Counted from the stretch's first letter, positions 24,401 to 38,404 are shown. The stretch is DNA of 64,000 nucleotides from Centroscyllium fabricii (GCA_051313645.2 JBNRSN020000019.1:48360001-48424000), one strand, 5' to 3'. Notes: a model not told the origin generated them from the letters alone. A program made the numbers and translations.

Positions 24401-26077
24401 TCCTTCTTTTCCTGTAATAATCTTGGTGGTTAGCCTGACAGTGTCCGAAGTAGCAAATTTCATGTTAAAGAATGAGAATTCAAACACTGTTTCCCAAAAG
24501 ACGAACACTTAAAACATATTACAGTAAAATAATTTTTTAAATGACTCTCTTTCTAAAGGAACTGGGAAAGAACATGTGCTTCAAAAAAATAGAATATATA
24601 TATGTATAGTAAATATTAAAATGTTCTTCAAATGTCAAGCATTTTAAATCAGAGTTAAGGAAAATCTATACATTGAAGATATACCCCTATTTACAATAAA
24701 CAGCAAACAGATCAAGCTAAACTGATGATAGGGAAACAAAGCAGGTGAATGCTTCAGATTGTAATTATTATAAAATTGATTCATTTGCAATCACTCAAAA
24801 TAAACAGGTACAAAGAAAGGAGGAATTCTCAAACTGGAAAGCTAAAATGGTATTTATTGCAGAACATCTGTACAATTTTAGCAAAACCACAGCCTGTTAT
24901 TTACACTATTAAATAGATTTTGAGTAGAATTCAGAAAAATAAGTGAATGACATTGATATCCTGCTCCTAGGAATGAGGATATAAAGCTGAAGGCAGTTAT
25001 AGGGTAGTACTAGTATAAAAACACTGGTTTCAGCAGAATAATAAATATGCAGTTTCTGGATATATGATATTTATTTTTAAACACAAATGGGCAGATTTCT
25101 TTCAAGTCTGATTATTGTCAGTTTTCAAAACAGGAAATAGTTGCATAATTTTCTGTAAATGTTAAGACATTTTCCAGTCAATTCCAATGCACTTTTCAAT
25201 ATGCATTGTGTATCACATTTTTTACATTTTGATTTGTATATCAGTAGCCCTATATATTTTAATATATGCACTTGAAATGATTGATTAGGTATATTTAAAA
25301 TTATTTTTTTGCAAATTTACAAATGTAGAAATGTTGTGTTATCTCAAGGATTTAAAAAAATCTGTAGTAATTATATGAAAAGGAACCAAAAGCAATTAAA
25401 AAAAATTGCAACATATTTGGACTAATCCAGATTTATGCAAAAGAAGTACTCTGACCTGGGATGGTTACTACAAATGGCAAATAAAGTGCTATTTAAAAAA
25501 AAGAAAATTTATAGATAAACTGTCATTTAAAATCAGGAGAACAGTATGACTTCATATCATATGAAATTAAATATGCAACTTTTTTTTTGCTAAAAGCAGG
25601 GCAGCTGCATTGTTATAAAAATGTGGTTTTTGAATGTAGTAATATTTTTTGGAAGTTGTTATTGTCACGTAGCATATAATAGCAGAGCTGAGATACTGCT
25701 CTCTTCAACCTGTGGACAAATAAACCATTTGAAGTTTGAATTTCCAAGCACTTTGAGATTTGACGTGAATAATTCCAATCTTTGCATTTTTGGCATAGTC
25801 TGTTCGAAGGCTTTCAGACTATTTTGAAGCCCTGATCTGTGATTTCATTACTGTAAGCTAGCAGGCTAGAGCAGGAGAAGAATGTGTCCCTTTCAATACA
25901 GAGTTTGAACAAACATGCGCCCGTCTTCAGGTACTGCTCCCAGAGCCAGGAAGCTCCAGTCTTTTTGCTGTTCACCCAGAAATTCCTTCAGTGAAACTAA
26001 TTAAAAATTATGTTTTTGCAAAAGTTTATTTTTGGTTGAAGCTCATAGAATTATTTTACTAATCACTATCAATTAGA

Positions 26078-26162
26078 GCGGGAGGGGCAAAACATTTTTT
26101 TTTTTAATTTACATCAGGAAGTTTTCTATTGGTCAGAAGAAATGGCGAGATGTGACGCAAAG
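26078..26162. promoter_or_regulatory. Promoter-like motif cluster
   Basis: Within 85 bp: GGGAGGGG (26080-87), ETS CAGGAAGT (26115-22), inverted CCAAT (26128-32), YY1-like AAATGGCG (26140-47) and ATF/CEBP-type TGACGCAA (26153-60). Marks the start of a GC/CpG-richer, TE-free block. Confidence 0.5.
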
Positions 26163-29062
26163 GATACTTGGCCAAGTAGAAACGCTGATCTGTGCCAAAG
26201 CAGACGTATCAAGAAATGTTGTTGCTAAGAGAGCGTGTGGAGGCCTTTTTTTTTGTTTTGTTTTGTTATTGGCATAGACTAGTGAGAACACAGGCAATTT
26301 CCATTTTAGCAGTGGGGCTTTGATGGCCCATCTTCAATGGAACACGCAATGGTCAGAATAAAAAGACAGGTTAGTCATAAAAAGAAATTCAGCGAGAAGT
26401 GGCTGAGGTTCGTTTTTCTTTCTTTTGGAGGCTAAGAGTGAGTGCCCACAGTCTTCTGTGCAGATATACAGGAGAGAAAGCCAGCAAACGTAACTGCGCT
26501 ATCAGAGGTAGTGTTCAGAAATAAACCCCACCTTTTTTTAGATTCACAAGTCGACAAGTTGAACTTTTGACTTCCTTTGCTTGCAACATGCTCAACAATA
26601 GAGCTGTCTATGTAAACTGTTCTTCTTTTTCTAAATTCGTCAAAGCAGGGAGAGAGGAACATTTTTTAAAAAGTTCGCCTTGGTCTTTCAGCAGCAGTAG
26701 GGGAAGGGTGGTGGGTGTGAGGAATATGTACTGTGAACTTATGCAAGCAGCTTCTGGAACCTGAGCCAAAAGGGGCAGGAAGTTGTTTTACAATAGAGTT
26801 ACAGTAATCTGCCATATGTTGATCATAAAAATATTATTTAAAAAGAAAAAAAATACTACTTTCAGTTTATGGTGTCCAGCTAAAGAACTGATTTGAGTTT
26901 GCTTGTGAAGCTCGGCTCAATCTCTTGAATGCTCCCAACAAATGCACTTAAAGCTGCAACGTGACTTTTGGCACGATTCCTCAAGTTTGCTTGAGGTTAC
27001 TGTTGGGGGGGGGGGGGGAGGGGATGGGCGGGGAGGGAAGCACGCTGCACAAGCAAAGTTTAAAAGCATACAGCAAAGAAAAGAGAAACTTTTGCTGAAA
27101 TCTTTCAGAAAATGGGTTTCAAAGTGCGCTGTTCAGTTGAGTCTAGGGGCATTTTGTGTGGAGTATTTAGAGCCAGGTTTGCTTTCTGTACGTTTTAAAT
27201 CTAACAGCAATCATGGCAGCTGTTTTTCTTCCAGCACAGCAGTTGCTGTCTCGCCCAAATGCTTATCAGCCTTTGACTCCATGCCAAGATAGTTGTAAGG
27301 GTCGAACAGTTTTAACTTGGTTGAGCAGCTGGTTAAGAGCAGGGACATGAGAACAAAATTATTCAATTACGTGTGGATTTACTTTTCTATATTGATTCTC
27401 AAAGCTAAGTAACAATTTGATGTCCTTTGATATATAATCTTAGAAGACTTTCTTTTTCCAAATTGTGTTTTTTTTAAATAATACATTATCTCTTACCAGT
27501 GCTGAGGATAAAGCTGTAGAAGGTAAAAGGTTAATTAACAAGGCTGTACTAAGAACGGTGTGTGTTTTAAACAGTGGGGAAATCAGTCTCATGCTGCATG
27601 TCTTAATTCATTACCTGGCTCAAAAGAGTATGTGTGTTTGGGGGAGGGGGGCTGCAAGGAAGCAGAGAGTGCGCTGGCGCAGTGCGGTCCAGCTCAGCCA
27701 GAGGATCGGTGGTGTCAGTCGCTGCACAATTCATGGCCGTGTGATGAAAGTAGCTAGCTCTCACACACGGGGCGGGCATGGGGGTGGGGGGGGGGAGGCG
27801 GGGGGGTGAAGAGCATGCCTCTATTTCATCGTCAACTCAGGCCTCTCGGTACTGCTCTGTCCTCCTTGATAGACAGTTGCAGTCACTCGTGAGAGGGCGA
27901 CTGAGCTATGCTTATGCTGCTTCTGTTCCTGTTGCAAGGGCCTCCCCCTCAGACAGCCTTTGCCAGACCAGAAGATTTCTCCACACGACAAACTGGATTT
28001 TTGTTTTTTGTTTCTCTATTGTGACTGGTTGGCAGAAGATGAGGCTCACATTTTTTGTTTGAATGATTTTTTTTTCCTTTTTGGCTTTCTCTGAAGTAAT
28101 GTGATGGTTAGTGCAGCTGTGGTGTTTTTAAAAAATTAATAAATGTTTCCTGATTTGAGTACTGAATTATTCTCGGTGTGCATACCTAATCCTGCACGGG
28201 TTTGGGTGGTGCTTGCTTCAAAATATGAATGTACTCTGCCACTCAAAAAAAAAAAGCAGCTCGGTCTTGTGATTGTACTGCGCATCTGCGTGTGAAAGGA
28301 CGGCGTTAGATTTGGATGTGCCGAGGGCTGTGTGGAAGTAGCTGCACTTCTGGGTCCTCATTTTTTTCATATACTGATTGGGAGGGAACAGGGTGTGCAG
28401 CGGAGCGCTGTCTGGGACAGGTGCCAACTCCAGACAAAAGACATAAAATAGGCTGTGAAAGAAAATGTTCAGATCAGTACGAAAAGGATTATTGATGATA
28501 TTGTGGAATGAAAGTAATAAATAATTTGAGTTAAGCCACGTTAGTTTCACTTTCAATTTAGAACTAAGAAGAAAAAAACAAGGGAGAGCTGATTTAAAAA
28601 AATACTTTCTCCTCACTGCAGGCATTTGGGCTGCGAAGGGGGGTCGTTTCTTCCCGTTGAATAATTCATAGGCTTGGTTGTGAGGCTGGACCAGCAATGT
28701 TATTAGCATGCATCAGACATGCTGTTTGTCTGTTTGCTAACATTCTTCATTCAAAGACTTGTTAACTACCAGACGAGTTTAACACACTGATTTTCAGCTA
28801 CCCTTCGGCCTCCCATTGTCACCAGCGTTGGCAACTGAAGGAGGGGGGGGGGGGGGGTGGGCACGGATGGCAGGGAAAGCCTGCAGATGAAAACTGGAAG
28901 TGGTTGCTAGGTAGGGACCGCCTTCCATTACTCAGGCCTGTGAGTACTTGTAAAAATGGAGCTGACTGTTTTCTTGTCTGCTTTACAGGACGACAAGATA
29001 CAAGGTGAATGCGTTCCCGTGTCTGCCCCTGCCGACTTCTCACACTTTTTTGGGGGTAAGCA

Positions 29063-29087
<25 letters not shown>
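29063..29087. repeat. (TC)n microsatellite
   Basis: About 12 perfect TC units. Confidence 0.95.
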
Positions 29088-29093
<6 letters not shown>

Positions 29094-32000
29094 CTCGTCC
29101 ATTGCTCTTTGAATGACGTACTGTAATGATGGACTGTATTTTCAGCTTCACGGACTAATATGTTTATAGCCAACGAAGTTTTAATTTGCAAACCGTGTCT
29201 ATGAAAATCGCTGCTGCCTCACTTTCTGAAGATGGCAGCGACTGCCGTAATTTCCATCTTTCTCTGTGTTTGGTTTCCTGCTTATTACCAACATTTCCAA
29301 GCACGGTTGACTTTCTATTTTTTTCCTCTTTTTGCTTTAAAAAAACTATTGTTTAGTTACTGTGAAGTTTCAGTTGATGAGCGAGGGTTTACTTCCTGAC
29401 TCTTTTATTTCAGAGTGCACATGTTCTAGGACTGGTGCCAGTCCTTCTTCCTGGGTTATAATGCAGTGTCTCTGTTGGTTACCACCCTTTACTGGCGCAG
29501 GGATATGGGGCAGCTTAAAAGAGCTGAGAAAATAAGAGATTCAGTTTGTTTTTTGCGTTTGCTTTGGAGATTGTTTTCAACTTCCGATAAATAATTTGGA
29601 TTAAAACGTTGTCCTTTGGTACTGAGTGAGTTTTAAATATCTGGGGTTAAAAGAGGGAGGGGGAATCAGGGTTCTTTCTTTATTTCCCTAAAAGTATTTT
29701 TCAGTAAGTCCCCTCGTGTGCTGTGATGTTTCCACAAATTTATCATCGCCATATGCCAGTAACCCGTATTAGATTGCTGCCTATCACTCTCTATTTGACC
29801 TTTTCTTGCAGTTATTTTTTGGTTTTGTTTAGGTGGTAAAGTTGGTCTATTTCTGTGCTTTGTTTGAATGGATTGTATTGAATGAGCCTTTAGAGAATGC
29901 CTGGTGTTGTGTCGTCCGGTTTTGGCGCGTACACTGTATAAAGGAATTCAGCCGTTTGCATTTTTTTTAGGGAATTGGGGAAATCTGCAAGCAACTTATT
30001 AACTTTTTTATTTCGTAATTTTCTTTCTGCTTTTCTGCTGTTGAACGTATTTGGAAAACACCAACTTTTAGAAATAGTTATCTTGGAGAAAAACATAAAA
30101 TTACTGGAATATGACGGAGTAGTAAAACAACCTTGTGTTTGTTTGAATCGTTTGGGTTTTTTCCTCTTTTCATTAACCCTGTACTAGTCGAATCTCCTGA
30201 TGGTAAAGCTTGCGGTATACGGCTCCTGGATCTGCTGTTCCAAGGTGCTGTTTACATTTAACTTTTTTTCCTGTAGCTATTGGATAACGTTTTTTGAAAT
30301 TAAAAATATATATATATATTTAAATACTGTAAAATTTCCTCAGTTACATATGTTGGTTTCAGAACACGTCATACTGATTTTTTTTTAAAATTATCTCGAT
30401 ACACAAAAGGATGATTGAGATCATCTGAGACACGTTGTCAGTCCAACCCATCCCATAGTGCATGCCAGTTAGCTGATTACATAATATTTAATTTAAATCT
30501 TTAATGTCTTAAAATCTGTTGGTGGTGATTCTTTCTTACAAAGCAAAAATAACGATCTAAACCTTCCGAGTTGGAGCTGCATTGAGTTGGTCAGATCAGC
30601 CGTCCCTTGCGGTTGGTTTCGCTCCCTCGTATTGACTTCCCCGCAGTCATCCATTGTTTCCATGCGTCGGGGTATTTCTTATAACGGTGCATGGCCCTGT
30701 TTATGGTTATTTCCAATCGACTTTATGTGACGCAAAGATTGTTTCTGTGCTTTATTCCAATTGAAGATCTGAATGCTTCCAGTCGGAATAAAAACTATTC
30801 TCAGTTAAGTGATTAATGCCGCATGGAGTTTGATCCTTAATATTCAGCATTTTAGAAAGAGAGAACAAAATGTAGGTATTGGTGCTTATTTAACCATTGC
30901 CATGGTCTGTTCTCTAAACAGATGTTGTCTTTCTCAGATGTCAGTATTCTGTAGAGTGCAGCAGTAAACATGGCAGCTCCCACATTATAAATGGACCTTT
31001 TACACCAAGATCTCTCCTGCTGAATGAACGATAGCACAAGACGAGTAAAATCAATTAAAAAAAATTGCTGTTGATATTTTAAGTGTCTGTATAAAAGATT
31101 AGTGTTTGCATGTTTCTTTTAAAGTTGAATGTAATTGCATCTATGTCAGCTAGGCTCAAAGAACGTCCTTTCTACGTGTGCATGTGTCTACCCGTCTGTC
31201 TCTCTGTGTCTATCATACTAGTTTTGTTTTACACATTCATTTATTTAATTACACTACATTAAACCATTGTATATTTTCATTAAAAAAATTACTTTGCATG
31301 CTGATGTCAGGTTTACTAAGAGCACATATTCATTACTGCTAATAGAAAACTCCTGATGGTCAGCAAGTTAAACTAATCCACTCAAAATAGACTGAAATAT
31401 GTGACCGAAAGCCATGTTATGCTGGTTCAGGAAACTCAAATGCTCTGATGTTAAAGTATTTTGTTCCCCAAATATATTTTGTCCTATTTTATCATTTTTA
31501 GCAAATAATTATTTTGTTAAGTAAATAGTCATGGGCATTATCTCATTTGAATATAAAATGTAGATTTCTTTAGCAGCCTACTTCCCTATCCGTTTAAATG
31601 CTGCGTTTATCTCACCGTATTCTGCTTGTTCTCAAAACTCAAGTTTCCAATTTCGCCTGATCCAATTTACTATTTTTTAATTATCTTTTTCTGCCACTTG
31701 TTTTCTGTGGATATGTACTCATTCAAAATACAAGTTGGTGTTAAAACTGCACACAGGGCATGAGCTAATTACACGATATTTTAGAAATGAAGAGACCGAT
31801 CCGACAAACCAGAATGTGGAGAAGTCTCACAGTGAAACCTATGCCGCACATTTCAGATAATTAGTTTCAAACTGCAATGGTCTGCTGTCACAGGGCGTCA
31901 GTGATCGTACCCAACCAAACCATTGACTCGAAAAAGAAAGGAAACATCAAAAATATTTGTATTTCTAGGAACAATTGTTACAGGATTAACATGAGGTGAT

Positions 32001-33724
32001 TTCTTTTTTTCATAAAACACGTTGTTCGCGCTTAGTGCGTGTAGTTAAGACACTTCATTCTTAACCGGAGGAATAAAAATGCCATGGTTCTTGTTGCTAA
32101 GCTATTCCAGTACAGTCAGATCTCCCATTTTGGTCCATTGTCTTAAATTGGAATAGGAGGCAGAGAAAATATGTTGCAGTAGCACGTAAGGTGTCTTGCC
32201 GTGGCAACATAACTTGAGATTTTTTTCCTCATCCCATAACGGGATAGCACTACCCTATTGTAAGAGAAATGTAAAATTCTAAAAGAAGAGAATGACGTAT
32301 TGAAAGTCGGAGCTGAGACGATTTGAGTAGAAATATCAGTTCCATTTAAATAAATGTAACTAAAACACTTCAATTTCCCATTTTATAGTATCTTAATAAC
32401 TGTTGTGTTGCAATGCAGACATCACCTTGTTCAACTGGTGGAGAGCAATAGTGATGCTATGCTATGTGTTATGGATTAATATTCAAAAGAAAGAAGCAGA
32501 CTATCAGCAGGAGAATCTGTTTGGCGGACGGGTTGCAGTTGGGAAGTTTGGTTTTAAGACTTTAATTTTAATTACTACAGTGATGGTGAGGGGGAGGGTT
32601 GTTGAATCATTTTCAGTTGATGCCAGCATTCATTTTGTAAAATTAAGAAATGCAACATTTCAGTGAAGTGCAGGAGATAAACCAGCCATTGCCAGTTTAA
32701 TGCTGCATTCAACAAATGAAACAAAATGGAAATTAGATGATTATAACTAATTCAATAACCCTTTAAAGGTTGATATTAAACGGAACTTAAAGTAAAAACA
32801 ATTATCTAAATATTTTCTCGCATTTTTTTCAATTAAAATATTTAATATCAGCCATGATTCTGATCCTTGGCCAAGGATCAACGATTGACAATTTGACAGC
32901 CTGTAGTGATATGAACAGGCTGGACCATCCCGTCGTACTGACCAAGAAGAATTGTGTAATGCACACGGTCAGAGACAGGATAGGGAAAGAGGACACAAAC
33001 TGTGCAATCTGTCAGACAACCACGTGATAAACAAGCTAGTCAAAGAGCCGCATTATTACCGAAATTTGGGATTGAATGCGCTACAAAGATGTCATTTGTT
33101 TTTGTGAGGAGGCGAGGGTGAGTAGCTCATTTGTTTTTGTAAAAGATGCAATTCATAGTTAGTTAGATGCCCAAACTCTCAAACAGGGCTGAAATGTAAT
33201 GGACAAATGCTTGCGTTTTCCTTGCCAGTGCCTGCTGTATAGTTCTGCTGTACTTGTGCAACAGTATCTAATTTTAGTATGTTCATTTGTAAATCTATAT
33301 GAAGGAAATTAAATCAGACATTCTGAAAGTCTATTTGTCTCAGTTTTATTAATCCAGAAATAGCCAAAATGCCTTAAATTGAGTTGTGAGCCAACACTTA
33401 AATCTCGAATCAGGATACACGGTAAGAATGTGAGGGAAAAAGCAGATTTTGTTTCTGGGATACATGGAAACCTTTGTTAATGTGAGCGGGAAACAGAATT
33501 TTTTATATGGATAAATTTTTTGTGTATATATTTCCTCGATACACCGATTATTGTAACTTATGTTTCCAAAAAACTTTAAAAATTTGCTATTTCAAATAAA
33601 GAAAGTCAGTCATTAACGTAGAAGCTGAAATTTACAACTAATTATAATATTCTGGATTTGCCTATTTAGAGCAGTGGACGTAAAAGAGATGTTTGTGTAC
33701 ATAGATATATATATATTAAAAAAA

Positions 33725-34160
33725 AAAATTGCATTTACATAGTACGTCATCACATCCTCAAAGTGTTGCACATCCAATTAATTTCATTTCAGGTGCAGTC
33801 ACTTTTGTAATTTTGGTAAATGCCAATTTGCACACAATAAGGTCTCACAAACAGCAAATTGGATAAATTACTACTTAATATGTTTTTAGCGATGTTAGTT
33901 GAGGGAAAGATTTTGTCCAGGACAGCAGCTGAACACCCTGCTGTTCTTTGAATTGTGGCATGGATCTTATAACGTCCACCTGAGCAGACAGACAGAGCCA
34001 CAGTTTAACCTCTCATCTGAAAGATGGAACTTTTGACAGTAGTCCTTAATGACTGCATTGAGCTGTTAGCCTAGATTATGTCCTCAAGTCTTGGAGTGGG
34101 GCTTGAACCTACAAAATGCTGACTCAGAATTGATGTGCAACCAACAGAGCCAAGCTGACA
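33725..34160 (-). mobile_element. Deu-type tRNA-derived SINE, near full length
   Basis: Reverse complement of the 44360-44835 family (GGAGTGGGGCTTGAACC B-box region, TCTCATCTGAAAGATGG core). Confidence 0.8.
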
Positions 34161-34294
34161 AATAAATTTCAAGAAAAAGAGAGAATTTTTGAATATAGCA
34201 TTTTTTCTATGTAGCTACATTTCTTCTCTCTCTACATCTTGTTAATTCAAAGTTGCTGTGTTCAAATTGTCAAATTCAAATCATGCTAACAAAA

Positions 34295-34441
34295 AGGTAA
34301 TTTTAACTTTCATCATTGGGCCGAAAACAGGCAGTAGTGGATTGGCCATCTGTTATAGACTCTGCTAGAAAGGCAAATTGGGCAGAGTACATTACAGGCG
34401 GCCAATCCACTACTACCCGCTGATGAAAGTAAAATTTACCT
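34295..34441. mobile_element. Palindromic MITE
   Basis: Ends GGTAATTTTAACTTTCATCA / TGATGAAAGTAAAATTTACC. Inner arms GTAGTGGATTGGCC / GGCCAATCCACTAC. Confidence 0.7.
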
Positions 34442-34999
34442 CTCGTTGTCTGAAGTGTTTAAGAGGCATTGTCTTTACCTTGAAGAGGCCGAATCAGCCA
34501 CATGCCTTATTTTCCAAAACATCATATTGAAGAAGTGTGATAATACCTTTGCAAAATGGTGAGAGGGTTTTGGTGCACGTTGCTGGAAGATGTCACAGTT
34601 TATTTGTCAACCATTTTCCAATAAAGATAGTGCACCTTCCATTACTTGAAGCAAATAAGGAGGGCAAGGGTCTACAAAAATATTTTTTAGGGGGGAAGTT
34701 GGAATTGATTGTAGGTTAAAACCAATTTTTATTTTTCAGACCAAAATTTTGTTATTTTGATTCCCTGAAAATATATATTTTTAAATATCAACAAAAAGTT
34801 ACAGATTCAAACTACCCAAAGGGAAGTTTCAAGGGCTTTCCTTTGCAAGCTGTTAATTGTATTTACAGCTTTTGAAAATCTACACGGTAGCCATTTTGCA
34901 ACGTGTCTCTCCATTAACGTTGAGGCATGTACTGAAACCTTGCTGAGTGGATGCTACCTCAGTTAAAGGAGCAACTTAACTTCAATGTATAAACATTAT

Positions 35000-35133
35000 G
35001 GGGTAGAAATTCTGCAGATCTTCCACCATAACTTTGGTGGAAACCTCAGAAAAATGGCTCTGTCTCTGGGATTTCCACATCTGAAGTTAAAGTTATGGCA
35101 GGAAATCGGAAGAAGCCCCGTAGAAATTCCAAG
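35000..35133. mobile_element. Decayed palindromic MITE
   Basis: Inverted arms CCATAACTTT / AAAGTTATGG and GTGGAAAC / ATTTCCAC. Starts GGGGTAGAAATT. Confidence 0.5.
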
Positions 35134-35352
35134 TTTATAATTTTGTCATTTTAAAACCACATATGACAATAAGTCTGCATTTTCAGTCAATTTCTTCTCA
35201 GTAAATTGTTTCTGTGAGATGCAGCAGACAATAGTCATTTACATTTTCCTAAGTTTGGCATTTCTTAATGCAGACTCCTTTGTGTTGTAATTCAGATTCT
35301 ACTAAAGTTTTAACTTTTTGGTTAGTTCAATGTATTATTGAAATCATAATGT

Positions 35353-35510
35353 GGGGGTAATTTTTATATACCCTGTCTGGTAGGAAACTAACTGGATCGG
35401 ATCAGTTGTCTCTTTACAGTCAATAGAAAGTAATGTCGGACGGGATGTAAAACGTGCAGCCGATTTGATCCCATCAGTTTCCCGCCGGTCGATTTAGGTT
35501 AAAATGACCC
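35353..35510. mobile_element. Palindromic MITE
   Basis: Termini GGGTAATTTT / AAAATGACCC. Inner GGAAACT...GGATC / GATCC...AGTTTCC arms. Confidence 0.6.
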
Positions 35511-37640
35511 GCTGTGTGTCTGCTGGCATTCCTTTCAACCCATCACTTTGACCTGGCTTCAGTCTCCCTTCCTGGCACGGCCTTCATTTTCCTTGTGCCT
35601 ACTTGTGAAGTGTCTTCAGATGTTTCTTTACACTAAAGACACGGAATAAATGCAAATTATTGTTGTTGCTCAATCAATAATTTTAAAAATGGCATTTTTA
35701 CTGTGGTGCTGCAACAAGTGGCTATGCCATGTTACATGGGCTTTTTACAGGAAATCTCTGAGATTTATAATTTGAACTGACAGTAAAATAAATTTGTATG
35801 CATAAGCACTTTACATTTTTTTAAATTTATTTCTATTAATGGAACATTACTTGTTAATGCTCATCTTATTATTTTTGCCCCAAATTAAGTTTTCTGTTTA
35901 TGGTACAAATAACATTCAATGTTTTGCACCATCGCTACATCATTTTATACTTAAATAAAATAGTTTTGCAGTCCTAGAAGGTTTAGGAATTTCTTTCCAG
36001 ATGTGAAATACTAAACGACATTTTCTTTTTAAAAGAAAGAGTAATTTTAGATATTCTGATAAATTGCATGAGTTTTTTATTTAAATAAAATAGAAGAAAA
36101 CAAATTCTGAAAGATCTTACAGAATATTTTTCAGTTTGCTGTTGTAATTTTAGCTCTTCTGGCCTCCTCCTGCATCCCCCCATCCCCACCCTAGAAAAAT
36201 ACAAAAGGAATAAAGATACCTGAGAGGGAAATACAAAGCTTAATGCAACCTCTGGAAAATTTGGATGGTGAGTTTATAATGCTAACTGCGCCCAAGACTG
36301 GGTCATAGTTTTGTGTTACACAGGGTATACTGTATTTATATAATAGAACGTTGATATTATAAAGTGCAAGTATACTCCAATGCACCATGTTATACATTGT
36401 ACACTATAATAAACATTGTATATGGATTTCTATCATTGAATATTGTAGTGTGACTTGTATTAACATTATACAGTGCGTTTAGATTTTCCTGGATGCTGTA
36501 TTTATTGTATTTACATAGTGTACTTATAGAGTTCATAATGTATTACAATTGATCTGCATATTATAAATGCTTGTATTCTCAGACGATAAACAAACTTTAA
36601 ACTGCTTATTATTAGTAATTTTCATTTTTCTTCCTCCTGTTCTTCTGAAGATAATTCTTACTGGGGTACAGTTCCATGAACATTGGCTGTCCTTCTGTTC
36701 CCAACCATAAGAGGTACAGATGACCATTTCCAGCTTGTTATTTTGGTTTTGTAGACGGAGCTCATGTTGTCCCTCACTGTCGTTAGTTTTTGTGGTGCAG
36801 TTTCATTTCTTGTGACAGGAAGTTTTTGAAGCAAGGTAATATGATGCTCGGCCATGGCTACTGTGATGGTGACAGTCGAGAGGACGGAGTGTTGCACTGA
36901 ATAATAATGTGTGATTTACAATTATAACACTGCATTATACATTAATAGTCGGGAATGTGCAGACAACCTCCAATAGAAACCTCACTAATGCCTTTTGGAA
37001 GCTTACGGTATCACCAGGATCCTTCAATTGTATTACTAGACTGGCACTGTATGCCTAGCCATTTGTTGTTTCCCAGATTTAGGGCACCTGTTATGTATTG
37101 CAATTTTAATATAAGATGGGTGAGCTTGATTACTGTTTTGTTTGGTGTGCTGTGGTTGAGTGCCATGCGGTTTTCGAGTTAATCCAGGCCTATCAGCATG
37201 AACCTTATCTGTGAGATCTAGATTTCCTTCCCTAAGGATCGTGATTTAACACCTGCGTGTTCCTAAAATTCCAAGCACTTCTCTTGGCGTCTCTTGTTAA
37301 AGGCATATTGTTTTAAGAGGGGGCTTTCACTATTGCTTTGGATACTGTAATAGCACCATATTGACGCCCTTCTCGTGCTTTGATTCTCCAGTGAGGGAAA
37401 GTAAGGTAAACACTTGCAATTCCCGCAGCCAGAGGAGTGATAAAGAAAGAGATAGATACAGAAAAGGGTGACCAAGGGAATGAGAGAAAAGAGGAATATA
37501 CTGAGATCATTTTGCTGTCCTCATGTGAGTGGTGCAGCTTGCCATTTTAAGCCATGTTTATACTTTATAAACAGTAACTCAGGCTTGAAAACTTCACACC
37601 CAGAATTTGTAGAGTGGTGACACCCCTAGTTGAACAGTTA

Positions 37641-37890
37641 AAGAAAGAAAGACTTGCATTTATATAGCGCCTTTCACGACCACCGGATGCCTCAAAATGC
37701 TTTACAGCTAATGAAGTACTTTTGGAGTGTAGTCACTGTTGTAATGTGGGATACGGGGCAGCCAATTTGCGCAGAGCAAGCTCCCACAGACAGCAATGTG
37801 ATATTGACCAGATAATCTGTTTTTGTGATGTTGATTGAGGGATAAATATTGGCCAGGACACCGGGGATAACTCCCCTGCTTGTCTTCGAA
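37641..37890 (-). mobile_element. Deu-type SINE 3' half
   Basis: AAGAAAGAAAGACTTGCATTTATATAGCGCCTTTCACGACC tail through GGCCAGGACACCGGGGATAACTCCCCTGC core. Confidence 0.85.
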
Positions 37891-38404
37891 GTTAGTTAGT
37901 GCATAGCCTTAAAACTGTTCTTTTTAAGAACTAGTAGTCAGATCAACTTGTAAGTGTCTTTTTGGCAGCAAATGTAAATGTTTTATTTTAATTATTACTG
38001 CCTGAATATAAAATACATTTCTTGCATTTTTTCTCAACTGCGCTACAAAAATAAAAGCTGTTATGAACATTCCTTTTGTCGTACTGCGGTGGGTCAGGGC
38101 AGCCTCTTTGAAGTATGCTATATTCATGTGACGGGATGGAGGGCAGTACAGAGTTGTTGATGGAAGGACTCGAAGGCCATCTATTGATTCCTGCAAGAAT
38201 ATAGTTTAAAATCATTGCCAAAACAGCTAGTGTCCTCTATGTTTTACATTGTAGCTCACTGGGTTACTCACAAGATAACATATATTATACTAAATTCAGT
38301 GCCAGGAAACTGATCCACTATGTTTAAATAAGCTGGAAAGAACAATGGTATCTACTTTCTAGAGAATATAGGGAAATAAAAATCAAGAAATACGTGTTTT
38401 GAGC

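Noticed and set aside
26942-29191. ORFs of 87-163 aa in the GC-richer block as a host gene
   Set aside because: Low-complexity translations crossing G runs and microsatellites, with no domain motifs or coherent exon structure.
36658-36897. Minus-strand 79-aa ORF with a GTAAGA donor as a coding exon
   Set aside because: No recognisable protein similarity. It overlaps the better plus-strand non-coding exon candidate.
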